Assembly (NCBI GenBank): GCA_022241785.1
Contig: JAKOMP010000016.1
Span: 2,040-66,039, forward strand
Origin: Cyanocohniella sp. LLY
GTDB lineage: Bacteria; Cyanobacteriota; Cyanobacteriia; Cyanobacteriales; Nostocaceae
DNA: 64,000 nt
Direction: 5' to 3'
The translations under genes and the position numbers were made by a program. Below are positions 40,697 through 50,323 of this stretch, piece after piece. The notes below the pieces were generated by a model. It was not told the DNA's origin. It did no database searches and saw only the letters and a program-made list of their open reading frames with translations. Each line of letters starts with the position of its first letter. Position 1 is the first letter of the stretch.

Positions 40697-40740
40697 GAAA
40701 AAATTGTAGGTTAGATTATCGTTAGAAAATCTAACCTACA
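40697..40740 (-). terminator. Rho-independent terminator on the minus strand
   Basis: 13-bp perfect stem TGTAGGTTAGATT/AATCTAACCTACA followed on the minus strand by a U-tract. Confidence 0.75.
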
Positions 40741-40906
40741 TCTAGCAGAAGATTGAGTACGGTATCTTAGCTATATCATCCAGTTAATCTTATTACATCT
40801 GGGATATTGGCATCAGGTAAAAAATGAAGACAGCATCTGGGCTTAACTACAGTTCTGATGAAGTAAATAGGTAGTAGATCAAATACTATTATGTATTCTC
40901 AGCAAC

Positions 40907-40932
40907 TACCTAAACTTGATCGAATTACCGTA
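40907..40932. promoter_or_regulatory. 26-bp palindromic operator
   Basis: TACCTAAACTTGATCGAATTACCGTA. Confidence 0.85.
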
Positions 40933-41068
40933 GATTAGTCACAACTAAGCTTTTCATACTTAAGAGTTAAACGCAAGTACTGGTTAACAAAAATTAACCA
41001 AAAAATAGTTCTTAAGGGACTTGCGTTTTTTATTAAATTATGCAAATATCCAAAGTTAATAGTAAAAC

Positions 41069-41094
41069 TACTAAATACCGATAAAAATTTAGTA
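41069..41094. promoter_or_regulatory. 26-bp palindromic operator upstream of porin
   Basis: TACTAAATACCGATAAAAATTTAGTA. Confidence 0.65.
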
Positions 41095-41210
41095 GTTTGA
41101 TAGCAAATGCCAATTTAATGATTGAAAAAATGTGTCATGGGGATGTAAAACTCCCGTGGGTTGCTATCAATAAAAGACTTATTAATTTTTTGTGCATAAC
41201 TCAATAACCA

Positions 41211-42953
41211 ATGTCTAAATTTTTGTGGAATTATGGGCTATTGATTCCAGCCCTTTTTAATGGATATTTTGTCCTGTCTTCAGTCACAATTGCTGCTGAA
41301 AAGCCAAATTTATCTGAGCAAAAAATAGAGGAAAGTTCTCCAAATAACACAAGTATTTCGGTAAAAAATCTTCAGTATACATACGACCAAATCACCAGCG
41401 CAGAAATCATTGAAACACCAAATTCTCTTTCATTTCCCCATGAAAATTTATTTTCTCAGCAGAATATAAATCAAAATCATCCTACACAATCAGTTACATC
41501 AGTATCTGAATTATCAGATGTTCAGCCGACAGATTGGGCATTTCAGGCTTTACAGTCTTTAGCTGAACGTTATCAATGTCTGACGACATACCCCACAGGT
41601 GATTTTCAGGGAAATCGTGCTATCACACGCTATGAGTTTGCTTATGGATTGAATACTTGTCTTGATAGAATTAACCAGCTAATTGCTACTAGCACTGAGA
41701 ATTTAGTCACAACAGAAGATTTAGCTACCTTACAAAACTTGCGCGAACAATTTGCGTCAGAACTTGTGGCTTTACGGGGTAGGTTGGATGCTTTGGAAGA
41801 ACGAACGGCTAAAGTAGAAGCCAGTCAGTTTTCTACAACTACCAAATTAGTTGGGGATGCTTTTTTTGTGGTGGCTGATCCCTTTGGCGATCGCGTGGGT
41901 GGTGATCGAGATGAGACTAATACATTTCTTGGCTATCGCGCCAGACTCAACTTTCAAACTAGTTTTACTGGTCAAGATTTACTGACAACATTAATCACAG
42001 CTGCTAGTACTGTTCCTAATTTGGCTGGAACTACGGGAACTCACATGACTCGGTTTACATTTGATAGTGCCATAGGAAACAATACAGCTCTTACCACTTT
42101 GACATATCGCTTTCCTGTGGATTCTCAAACTACTGTCTGGGTAGGGCCTGTAGGATTACAAACAGCTACTTTCACACCGACGTTAAATGGTTCAGTCGGT
42201 GGCGCAAATGGTGCTTTATCTAGGTTTTCAGCTTTTAATCCCACTATTTATCGACCGGGGTTTGAAGGTGCGGGAGCTGCGATCACCCATCGGTTTAGTG
42301 ATCAATTGCAGTTAAACGTAGGTTACATTGCAGATAATAATCAAGCTAGTACCCCAAGTGGCGGTGCTAATGGATTTTTCAACGCCAACCATTCAGCATC
42401 TGCTCAGTTGACCTTTTCGCCTACTAATCAATTAGATATTGGTTTGGCTTACGTGCGTAAATATTTTGGCACTGGAACTGGTTTTAATCTCACTGGTGGC
42501 ACAGGTAGCGCCTTTGCGAGAAATCCTTTTGAACAAAACGCCACTACTAGCAATAACTTTGGCTTAAATTTTAACTGGAGAACTAGTAGCCGCTTGATTG
42601 TTGGGGGTTGGTTTGGTTACACATTAGCCCAACAAGCAAACGCCTCTAATACTGATGCAACTATCATAAATAGTGCGCTGACTTTTGCTTTTCTTGACTT
42701 AGGTAAACCAGGAAATACAGGGGGAATTGTCATAGGTGTGCCACCAAAAGTGACCAGCAGTAACTATATTGCTACTAATGGACAACAGCGTGAAGATCCA
42801 GATACATCTTTGCATTTAGAAGCTTTCTATACTTATCGAGTGAATAATAACATCACGATCACACCAGCTTTGTTCGTTATTACCAATCCTGAACACAACA
42901 ATGCCAACGATACTATTTGGGTGGGTGCGCTGCGAACAAACTTTTCTTTTTAG
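41211..42953 (+). CDS. Cyanobacterial outer-membrane porin (SLH plus OprB-type barrel)
   Basis: VTSVSELSDVQPTDWAFQALQSL, GNRAITRYEFA, QFSTTTKL, terminal LRTNFSF. Confidence 0.93.
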   Translation: MSKFLWNYGLLIPALFNGYFVLSSVTIAAEKPNLSEQKIEESSPNNTSISVKNLQYTYDQITSAEIIETPNSLSFPHENLFSQQNINQNHPTQSVTSVSELSDVQPTDWAFQALQSLAERYQCLTTYPTGDFQGNRAITRYEFAYGLNTCLDRINQLIATSTENLVTTEDLATLQNLREQFASELVALRGRLDALEERTAKVEASQFSTTTKLVGDAFFVVADPFGDRVGGDRDETNTFLGYRARLNFQTSFTGQDLLTTLITAASTVPNLAGTTGTHMTRFTFDSAIGNNTALTTLTYRFPVDSQTTVWVGPVGLQTATFTPTLNGSVGGANGALSRFSAFNPTIYRPGFEGAGAAITHRFSDQLQLNVGYIADNNQASTPSGGANGFFNANHSASAQLTFSPTNQLDIGLAYVRKYFGTGTGFNLTGGTGSAFARNPFEQNATTSNNFGLNFNWRTSSRLIVGGWFGYTLAQQANASNTDATIINSALTFAFLDLGKPGNTGGIVIGVPPKVTSSNYIATNGQQREDPDTSLHLEAFYTYRVNNNITITPALFVITNPEHNNANDTIWVGALRTNFSF

Positions 42954-43060
42954 TCAGTGAATCACGAAAAAGTCCTACAAATAACCACAAAAAAATTCTG
43001 TAATTTTTACTTTTTGGGGTTGATTTTTACGTAATTTCGTGTAAGATTGTCTCTATATTC

Positions 43061-43086
43061 TACGGTAAATCGGTCGGAATACAGTA
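43061..43086. promoter_or_regulatory. 26-bp palindromic operator upstream of ssuC
   Basis: TACGGTAAATCGGTCGGAATACAGTA, downstream of TTGATT-N16-TAAGAT. Confidence 0.88.
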
Positions 43087-43228
43087 TTTGATTTCATACC
43101 CTGACAATTTTGCTGTTTTCTATATCTGTGTAGAAAAAACCACAAATTACCGCATCAAGACATTTTAAATTTTCCTTGTCGAAGTCATCATACATGAAAA
43201 ATTTGCAAAATAACTAAATCAGTGCCTT

Positions 43229-44056
43229 ATGACTATTACTCTAAAAAATACGAGAAGCCGCGAAAAATCCCTAGAAACAGTACTCAATGGCAAATTTGCT
43301 AATCAAGTTATCCCTTGGGCAGTACCCTTTGCTATACTCATGCTCTGGGAAATTTCTTCCAGAACTGGGTTACTTTCCAGTAGAATTTTACCCCCACCAA
43401 GTGGCGTAGTTATTACAGCATTTAATCTGGCCTTATCTGGAGAACTTTTTAAGCACATAGGAATTAGTGCTTTACGGGCCATATCTGGGTTTGTAGTTGG
43501 TGGGGGAATTGGTTTTATTTTAGGATTAATTACTGGATTTTCTCGCATTGGTGAGGCTTTGTTAGATAGTTCCTTACAAATGCTGCGTAACATTCCTAAT
43601 TTGGCACTCATTCCTCTAGTCATTTTATGGTTTGGGATTGGGGATGAAGCTAGATTATTTTTGGTGGTCATGGGGGTATTTTTCCCAATTTACTTGAATA
43701 CTTATCATGGGATTCGTAGCGTCGATTCTGATCTAATTGAAATGGGTAAAGTCTACGGTTTAAGCACAACTCAACTCCTACAACAAGTTGTTTTTCCCGG
43801 AGCCTTACCTTCAATTCTAATTGGAGTTCGCTTTTCCTTGGGTATTATGTGGCTATCGCTAATTGTTGCTGAACAAATTGCCGCAGATTCTGGTATCGGC
43901 TACATGGCAATGAACGCCCGTGAGTTTATGCAAACAGATGTTGTGGTGCTAAGTATCATCATTTATGCCCTGTTAGGTAAACTAGCAAATTCCTTAGCTA
44001 AAGGCTTGGAACAGAAATTCTTATCATGGAATCCTAATTACAGACCTGCTAGTTAA
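43229..44056 (+). CDS. ssuC: Aliphatic sulfonate ABC transporter permease
   Basis: QMLRNIPNLALIPLVILWFGIG, GALPSILIGVRF, AMNAREFMQTD. Confidence 0.93.
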   Translation: MTITLKNTRSREKSLETVLNGKFANQVIPWAVPFAILMLWEISSRTGLLSSRILPPPSGVVITAFNLALSGELFKHIGISALRAISGFVVGGGIGFILGLITGFSRIGEALLDSSLQMLRNIPNLALIPLVILWFGIGDEARLFLVVMGVFFPIYLNTYHGIRSVDSDLIEMGKVYGLSTTQLLQQVVFPGALPSILIGVRFSLGIMWLSLIVAEQIAADSGIGYMAMNAREFMQTDVVVLSIIIYALLGKLANSLAKGLEQKFLSWNPNYRPAS

Positions 44057-44062
44057 ACAAGT

Positions 44063-44096
44063 CGGAACGGGCTACGCCCCGCTTCGCTAACGGAAC
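44063..44096. repeat. SDR-like element flanked by CGGAAC direct repeats
   Basis: CGGAAC GGGCTACGCCCCGCTTCGCTAA CGGAAC. Confidence 0.6.
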
Positions 44097-44155
44097 GTTT
44101 CCACTTTGTCGATCATCAATGCCTCAACAATTTACTTAGAGCAGGAGAAATAGAT

Positions 44156-44917
44156 ATGGGTTTAAATACAAAAGGTTCAGAACTGAAAATCTTGGATTTA
44201 AAAAAGACTTTTGGTACTACAAAAGTCTTAAAGTCACTAAATTTAGAAGTATCACCAGGAGAGTTTATTGCTATTGTGGGGCGCAGTGGTTGCGGTAAAA
44301 GTACCTTACTACGCCTTGTATCTGGGTTAGATAAACCTACTGATGGTGGCATATTGGTAGATGGAGAACCGCTACGTAAGCTTAGTCACTTTGTTAGAGT
44401 GATGTTTCAAGATCCCCGCTTGCTACCGTGGAAAAAGGTAATTGACAATGTAGGGCTGGGTTTACAAGGAAAAAATTGGATTGAAAAAGCTACACGAGTA
44501 TTAAGACAAGTGGGTCTGGAAGATAGATCAGATGAGTGGCCTTATGTACTATCTGGAGGACAACGACAAAGGGTAGCATTGGCAAGAGCATTGGTGAGCC
44601 AACCACGTTTATTACTACTAGATGAACCGTTAGGCGCATTGGATGCCTTAACTCGTCTAGAAATGCAACATTTAATCGAAGAGTTATGGCAAGAGCGAGG
44701 CTTTACGGCGTTTTTAGTCACTCATGATGTAGAAGAAGCTGTAGCGATGGCAGATCGAGTGATAGTGATTGAAGAAGGCCGCATTTCTTTAGATGTACCT
44801 GTAAAATTGCCGCGTCCACGAGACCGAGCTAGTGATGCATTTATACATATCAGAGAAGTAGTACTAGAAAAAGTGATGAGTAATGATGCATATCAATTAT
44901 TACAAGTAAGTCATTAA
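44156..44917 (+). CDS. ssuB: Aliphatic sulfonate ABC transporter ATPase
   Basis: [38 protein letters not shown]. Confidence 0.93.
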   Translation: MGLNTKGSELKILDLKKTFGTTKVLKSLNLEVSPGEFIAIVGRSGCGKSTLLRLVSGLDKPTDGGILVDGEPLRKLSHFVRVMFQDPRLLPWKKVIDNVGLGLQGKNWIEKATRVLRQVGLEDRSDEWPYVLSGGQRQRVALARALVSQPRLLLLDEPLGALDALTRLEMQHLIEELWQERGFTAFLVTHDVEEAVAMADRVIVIEEGRISLDVPVKLPRPRDRASDAFIHIREVVLEKVMSNDAYQLLQVSH

Positions 44918-44981
44918 TTTTTTGTACTCAAGACTCTGCCCTCTGCGATATTCATAGTTCATTTAAAGAAAGGAACAGAAA

Positions 44982-45647
44982 ATGTCCCAAATCAAGATAT
45001 ATAGTGCAGTTGTTTGTCCTTATGCTCATCGTTCACGCCTGGTACTCCAAGAAAAAGGTGTTGATTTTGAATTGATTGAGATTAATTTGCAGAACAAGCC
45101 GGAAGGATTTATAGATATTTCGCCTTATGGCAAAGTACCTGCGATCGCACATGGTGATCAACGTGTGTGGGAATCGGCTGTAATTAACGAATATCTTGAT
45201 GAAGTCTTTCCCAATCCACCACTATTACCCAGCAGTCCCATTGCTAAAGCACAAGCGCGGATTTGGATTGATTTTGCTAATACAAGATTAGTTCCGGCTT
45301 TTTCTACCCTCTTACGGAATCCAGATGTTTCACAACAAGAAGCCGCCAAACAGGAACTATACAAACATCTGGAGTTTATTGAAAATGAAGGTTTAGGAAA
45401 ACTTTCGGGAGAAGGCCCTTACTGGTTTGGAGAATCGGTAAGTTTAGTTGATTTTACCTTTTATCCTTGGTTTGAACGCTGGCCAGCACTGAAACACTAT
45501 CGCGGTTTTGCTATTCCCGAAGAATTTACCCGTCTGCGTCAATGGAAAAAAGCTTTAAAACAGCGCGAATCTGTGCAGGCGATCGCTCATAATAAAGAGT
45601 TCTATATAGAACGATATGCTAGATTTGCAACTCCTGTTGCTGCTTAA
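44982..45647 (+). CDS. Glutathione S-transferase, omega-like (CPYA)
   Basis: CPYAHR, ISPYGKVP, WESAVINEYL. Confidence 0.9.
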   Translation: MSQIKIYSAVVCPYAHRSRLVLQEKGVDFELIEINLQNKPEGFIDISPYGKVPAIAHGDQRVWESAVINEYLDEVFPNPPLLPSSPIAKAQARIWIDFANTRLVPAFSTLLRNPDVSQQEAAKQELYKHLEFIENEGLGKLSGEGPYWFGESVSLVDFTFYPWFERWPALKHYRGFAIPEEFTRLRQWKKALKQRESVQAIAHNKEFYIERYARFATPVAA

Positions 45648-45687
45648 CTTCTAGCTAATTCCCACATCCTCCACATGGCAAAAATAA

Positions 45688-45730
45688 AGTTGACTGTCGA
45701 AACTTATACATCAACAGTCAACTCTTTTTT
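45688..45730 (+). terminator. Rho-independent terminator
   Basis: AGTTGACTGT...ACAGTCAACT followed by CTTTTTT. Confidence 0.7.
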
Positions 45731-45804
45731 ATCTGAGTGTCATTCCACTAAAGCACTCAGGGAAATATGTCTTTATCAAAAATTGTCACTTGTCATCAAA
45801 GAAT

Positions 45805-46212
45805 TTAGCCACATAGTAGAGCCGCATCTGCCACCAAGCTGGAGCGACGGAAATAAGAAACAGAATTAAGTCCCATTTTCTTGCAATATTCAGCACACTT
45901 GCGGCACATAGCGGCACATAACATCATCGTGGCATCGCTACTCATTCTTTCACAAGCCATTGCGGTGCGATCGCACATTTCGGCACATAAGCTACAGGTG
46001 TTACCCATAAACTCAGAACCGTCGTTAATCATGTTCACACATATCATGCACATTTCAGCACAATCGCGCATCATGGACATCATTGTCATATCAGCATATT
46101 TATTACCCTGAGTCTTGCAATATTTCAGGGTATCAATACAAGTAGTTTGACACTCTATGCAGGTTTCTTTACAAGCTTGCATTTCGTTAAGTATAACTTC
46201 GGTTGTCATCAT
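45805..46212 (-). CDS. Cys-rich four-helix bundle protein (Csp/DUF326 copper-storage-like)
   Basis: CxxxCxxC repeats; 17 Cys and 19 Met in 135 aa; AAGG RBS. Confidence 0.85.
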   Translation of the reverse strand: MMTTEVILNEMQACKETCIECQTTCIDTLKYCKTQGNKYADMTMMSMMRDCAEMCMICVNMINDGSEFMGNTCSLCAEMCDRTAMACERMSSDATMMLCAAMCRKCAEYCKKMGLNSVSYFRRSSLVADAALLCG

Positions 46213-46881
46213 AATAATAATTTCCTTATTTTTGCAATTCAGTGGAATGGCTTATCTAATTAACAAGTTAAAACCTTATTTTTAGGAAATCAAGGGGTTA
46301 GAGAATTTACCCAAGTTTAAGGTCACATTATCTATCTACTTGACGTAAATTTAGGGGGTTTACATACATTTTTTTGGATTAATTTGCCTGAAACCCTTAT
46401 CATTCAAGACTTGGTGGTTTCCCACTGTTGTTGGATTTTAACTGATGAAAAGCAAAATTTGGCTGAAAGCAGTTAATGGCTATTCAGTTACTCTGATTGT
46501 TTCAACTCTCAAACATAAAAATCCTTTAGCAATTGATAAATCATGAACATCTTATCCAGCAAGCTTTCTAGCTATTTATTCATGAATTAGTTGATGAAAA
46601 TTTTCAATGCTATAAGTATATATTCTTATAGCCAAGATAATATCAAGTTTTCATGACATTATGAAGCTTCATATCATTCTAGTCTTGAATTTACTTCAAC
46701 TCAAAATCAAAATATTTAACAATCAGACCTGATTAAAAATTAACAAATTCTACAGATTTGCAGAATATAAATAAAAAGTAAAAAACTTTCATTACTTCCT
46801 AGCTTAAAAATGTCGTTGGCGATTTTTTTCAAGATACTTGTCTTTTCAAGCTAACTATGCAAAACTATTACTATGAAAATC

Positions 46882-46907
46882 TACTTCAAATCTACCGATT
46901 TACCGTA
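46882..46907. promoter_or_regulatory. 26-bp palindromic operator upstream of the DszC-like/VHPO-like operon
   Basis: TACTTCAAATCTACCGATTTACCGTA. Confidence 0.8.
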
Positions 46908-47163
46908 GATTATGCGCTTAATTTGTGAAACCTCAGCCAAATCAACTGGTTGTACAGATTTAATCACAAATGCTCACTAAGAGCGATCGCCTGGCTAAAT
47001 ATCTCCTAAATTCCCAAGCTGCATAGATTTTTTACCAGAATTAAATATTGGGACTTGGGGAGAGCTATACCTCTTTATGTAGTCCACAACTCCTAACTTC
47101 CACCATGTTTAACTTATCCCCATTTCCCTTTTCCTCATCCCATCACAAGCATAACAACAGGCT

Positions 47164-48351
47164 ATGGTGCAACTATTAGTTAAAAAAGAGTCCCAAGACT
47201 GGATTAATGTTGCCACTTCTTTATCTACAGAACTAGCTGCTAGTGCCGTAGAAAGAGATATTAAAGCAGGACTACCAGATTTAGAAATCCAACGATTGCG
47301 AGAAACTGGCTTATTACCTTTAGTTGTACCCAAAGAATATGGTGGTACTGGTGCTACTTGGGTAGAAGCTTTCAAAATCGTCCAAGAACTATCGAAAGCA
47401 GATGGTTCTATTGGTCAATTGTATGGCAATCACCTGAACTTGACAGCTTTGGCTCATGTTTCTGGAACACCAGAGCAAAAAGCAAGATACTACAAGGAAA
47501 CTGCCGAAAAAAACTTATTTTGGGCAAATGCCATTAATACCAGAGATACAAAACTGAAAATTACTCCAGAAGGTGACAATTTTCGGGTTAACGGGTTTAA
47601 AAGTTTTGGTACTGGTGTGGCTATTGCAGATTTGCGTGTCTTCTCTGCGATTCCAGATCATTCAGAACTGCCTTTGTTGTTTGTGATTCCCAAAGATAGG
47701 ACTGGTGTTGCTTCTAACCAAGATTGGGATAATATAGGACAACGCCGCACAGATAGCGATACATTCACCTTTCACGATGTTTTGGTGAAAAAAGATGAAA
47801 TTTTGGGATATCCTCACCCTCCTGATGGTGCTTTTAGTACATTTTTGGGAATTATTGCCCAACTGACGAAGACATATATTTATTTAGGAATTGCGGAAGG
47901 AGCATTAGAGGCTGCCAAACAATACACCATCAATGAAACTAAACCTTGGATTACCTCAGGTGTAGATAGTGCAACTCAAGACCTATATATTTTGCGTCGT
48001 TATGGAGACTTGTGGACAGAATTGCAAGCAGCCATTAGCCTAGCAGATAAAGCTGCTACCCAAGTACAGCAGGCATGGGAGCAAGAAGTTAATCTGACTG
48101 AAGCAGAAAGGGGAGAAGTGGCAGTTTCTGTTTTTGCCGCCAAAGTTTTTGCTACCAGTGCTGGGTTAGATATTACTTCAGGTACGTTTGAAGTCATGGG
48201 AACCCGTTCCACAGCGAACAAATACGGGTTTGATAGATATTGGCGTGATTTACGTACTTTTACGCTACATGACCCTGTAGATTATGAGTTGCGTGATATT
48301 GGCAATTGGGTACTTAACCAAGAATTACCCGTTATTACGCAATATTCCTAA
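47164..48351 (+). CDS. Acyl-CoA dehydrogenase-fold flavin monooxygenase (DszC/SfnB/MsuC-like)
   Basis: VPKEYGG.G, NGFKSFGTG, DWDNIGQRRTDS, DRYWRDLRTFTLHDP. Confidence 0.9.
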   Translation: MVQLLVKKESQDWINVATSLSTELAASAVERDIKAGLPDLEIQRLRETGLLPLVVPKEYGGTGATWVEAFKIVQELSKADGSIGQLYGNHLNLTALAHVSGTPEQKARYYKETAEKNLFWANAINTRDTKLKITPEGDNFRVNGFKSFGTGVAIADLRVFSAIPDHSELPLLFVIPKDRTGVASNQDWDNIGQRRTDSDTFTFHDVLVKKDEILGYPHPPDGAFSTFLGIIAQLTKTYIYLGIAEGALEAAKQYTINETKPWITSGVDSATQDLYILRRYGDLWTELQAAISLADKAATQVQQAWEQEVNLTEAERGEVAVSVFAAKVFATSAGLDITSGTFEVMGTRSTANKYGFDRYWRDLRTFTLHDPVDYELRDIGNWVLNQELPVITQYS

Positions 48352-48437
48352 AGTTTCCGCCACAGTATACCTCTAAATCGGTTGTTTAAGGTGGGTAACA
48401 CCACCTTACTTCCTTTTTTTAATCTCACGCAAAGGCA

Positions 48438-48480
48438 AGCCAGTGCGTTGGGCGGGTTCCCCGACTTGTAGCAACTGGCG
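48438..48480 (+). repeat. 43-bp dispersed repeat, copy 2
   Basis: See 5194-5236. Confidence 0.85.
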
Positions 48481-48505
48481 CGCAAAGGCGCAAGGAAATC
48501 AAGTT

Positions 48506-50275
48506 ATGAGTCTTAATGAGAAGAAATCTAAAGTCTTAAATGCTGCTAGTAGACGGTCTTTTTTGTTACACACAGGTCTATTTACTGCAAGTGGTGTTGT
48601 CGCAGGGATGGTGGGTTCAACGTTCTCTCCTGAAAAAAGTCTAGCACGGGAGAGCATTGTCCAAAGAAGACGCGGAAGACAGTCGTTGGGTGAGCGGTAC
48701 ATTGACAAAGCTTATCGCGTACGTATTGCTGCTGCTGAAGCTAATCGTCGGATTCCTGCTGCACTTAATCCTACTAATGGCGACGAGGAACGGTATCCGA
48801 ACAAAATTGGCTCTGATAGTAGAGGACTACCACATAATCGACTCGGTGAAGTTGATTTAGTTGCTTATGAATCTTTGACTAGAGCTATAAATACCCAATC
48901 TCATGAAGATTTTGAGAAAGTAATTTTGGGTGGCACTAGAAAACTGGTAAATGCTCAAGGGCCGCTTGCAGCTAGTTTAGAAGGAATTCACGGAGCGCAG
49001 GTTCCATTACCACCGCCTCCAGCTTTAGCTAGTTCCGAACGAGCTGTAGAAGCTGTTGAATTATATTGGCAAGCTTTATTACGGGACGTACCTTTCGACG
49101 AGCTAAATAATAATACTAGTAATCGTCTGGTTTTAGCAGCAGTTGAAGAACTGAATAAGTTTTCCAATTTCTTTGGGCCAAGGGAAAATGGACGTGTGAC
49201 ACCCCAAACCTTATTTCGTGGTAGTGTCACTTATGTTGACCCAAATGATAGATCTGGTACAACAGCAAGACACGTAACTCCGCCAGGAGTATTAGTCGGG
49301 CCTCACATTTCCCAGTTTGCTTTATTGAATATTCCTTGGGGAGTTCAATATATTCCGCCTGTAATTCGCACAGCTTTACCTGGTAATGATTTTCTCACTG
49401 ATTATGATGAATGGTTGAATGTGCAAAATGGTGGCACTCCTAGAACTATTCAGTATGACCCAGTACGTCGTTATGTATCGACAATTCGTGACTTATCTGA
49501 ATACTCCCATGCACCAGGGGCAGCCTTTTCTGGAGCGGCTTTAATTTTAGGTGGTAGTCGCAACGCTCCTGATCCTTTTGGTGTTGGTATTGGCGCACCG
49601 TTTGATTCAGGTAATCCCTTTGTTCTATCACCAACTCAACAAGGCGGAAATGGGTCATTTGCTTTGGGACATTTACAAGCCTTACTGTATTTGGGAAGAT
49701 CCCGCGCCATTAGAGCTGCATACTGGTCAAAGTTTTATGTTCACCGGACTTTGCGTCCAGAGGCTTATGCTGGATTAATCTACAACAACGCTGTTAATAA
49801 CACCCAATATCCCATTCATAGGGATATATTAAACTCCCAAGCCTTAGCTCAAAGTTTTAGTAAATTTGGCTCTTATCTCTTACCGCATGGATACCCAGAA
49901 GGTTCACCCATACATTCATCTTATGTGGGTGGTGCAGCTGCGATCGCCGGTGTCAGTGCCACATTGTTAAAAGCATACTTTGACGAAAATTATATCATTC
50001 CCGACCCTGTAGTTCCTGATCCAAATAATCCGACTAGGGTTATACCCTATATAGGAGAAGTTTTAACTGTGGGTAGTGAATTAAACAAACTGGCAGCTAA
50101 TTATACCCTTGGTCGTGGTCATGGTGGGATTCACTGGCGCACAGATGGTGCTGCTGGCTTGGCTTTGGGGGAACAAATTGCCATCAGTATTTTGAGGGAT
50201 GAAAGATTGGGTTACAACGAAACATTTAATGGCTTCACTTTCACCAAATTTGATGGTACAAGAGTCACGGTTTAA
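48506..50275 (+). CDS. Tat-exported vanadium-dependent haloperoxidase/PAP2-superfamily protein with altered active site
   Basis: SRRSFL; ELYWQALLRDVPF; WSKFYVHRTLRPE; PEGSPIHSSYVGGA; ELNKLA.N..LGR...GIHWRTD. Confidence 0.88.
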   Translation: MSLNEKKSKVLNAASRRSFLLHTGLFTASGVVAGMVGSTFSPEKSLARESIVQRRRGRQSLGERYIDKAYRVRIAAAEANRRIPAALNPTNGDEERYPNKIGSDSRGLPHNRLGEVDLVAYESLTRAINTQSHEDFEKVILGGTRKLVNAQGPLAASLEGIHGAQVPLPPPPALASSERAVEAVELYWQALLRDVPFDELNNNTSNRLVLAAVEELNKFSNFFGPRENGRVTPQTLFRGSVTYVDPNDRSGTTARHVTPPGVLVGPHISQFALLNIPWGVQYIPPVIRTALPGNDFLTDYDEWLNVQNGGTPRTIQYDPVRRYVSTIRDLSEYSHAPGAAFSGAALILGGSRNAPDPFGVGIGAPFDSGNPFVLSPTQQGGNGSFALGHLQALLYLGRSRAIRAAYWSKFYVHRTLRPEAYAGLIYNNAVNNTQYPIHRDILNSQALAQSFSKFGSYLLPHGYPEGSPIHSSYVGGAAAIAGVSATLLKAYFDENYIIPDPVVPDPNNPTRVIPYIGEVLTVGSELNKLAANYTLGRGHGGIHWRTDGAAGLALGEQIAISILRDERLGYNETFNGFTFTKFDGTRVTV

Positions 50276-50323
50276 ATCTTGAATTGAAAAAATTTTTTGA
50301 CAAATTCAGAGGTATATTAATTC

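Noticed and set aside
48443..48505. N-terminal extension MRWAGSPTCSNW of the VHPO-like ORF
   Set aside because: Encoded by the 43-bp dispersed repeat; ATG 48506 puts the Tat motif at a normal position.
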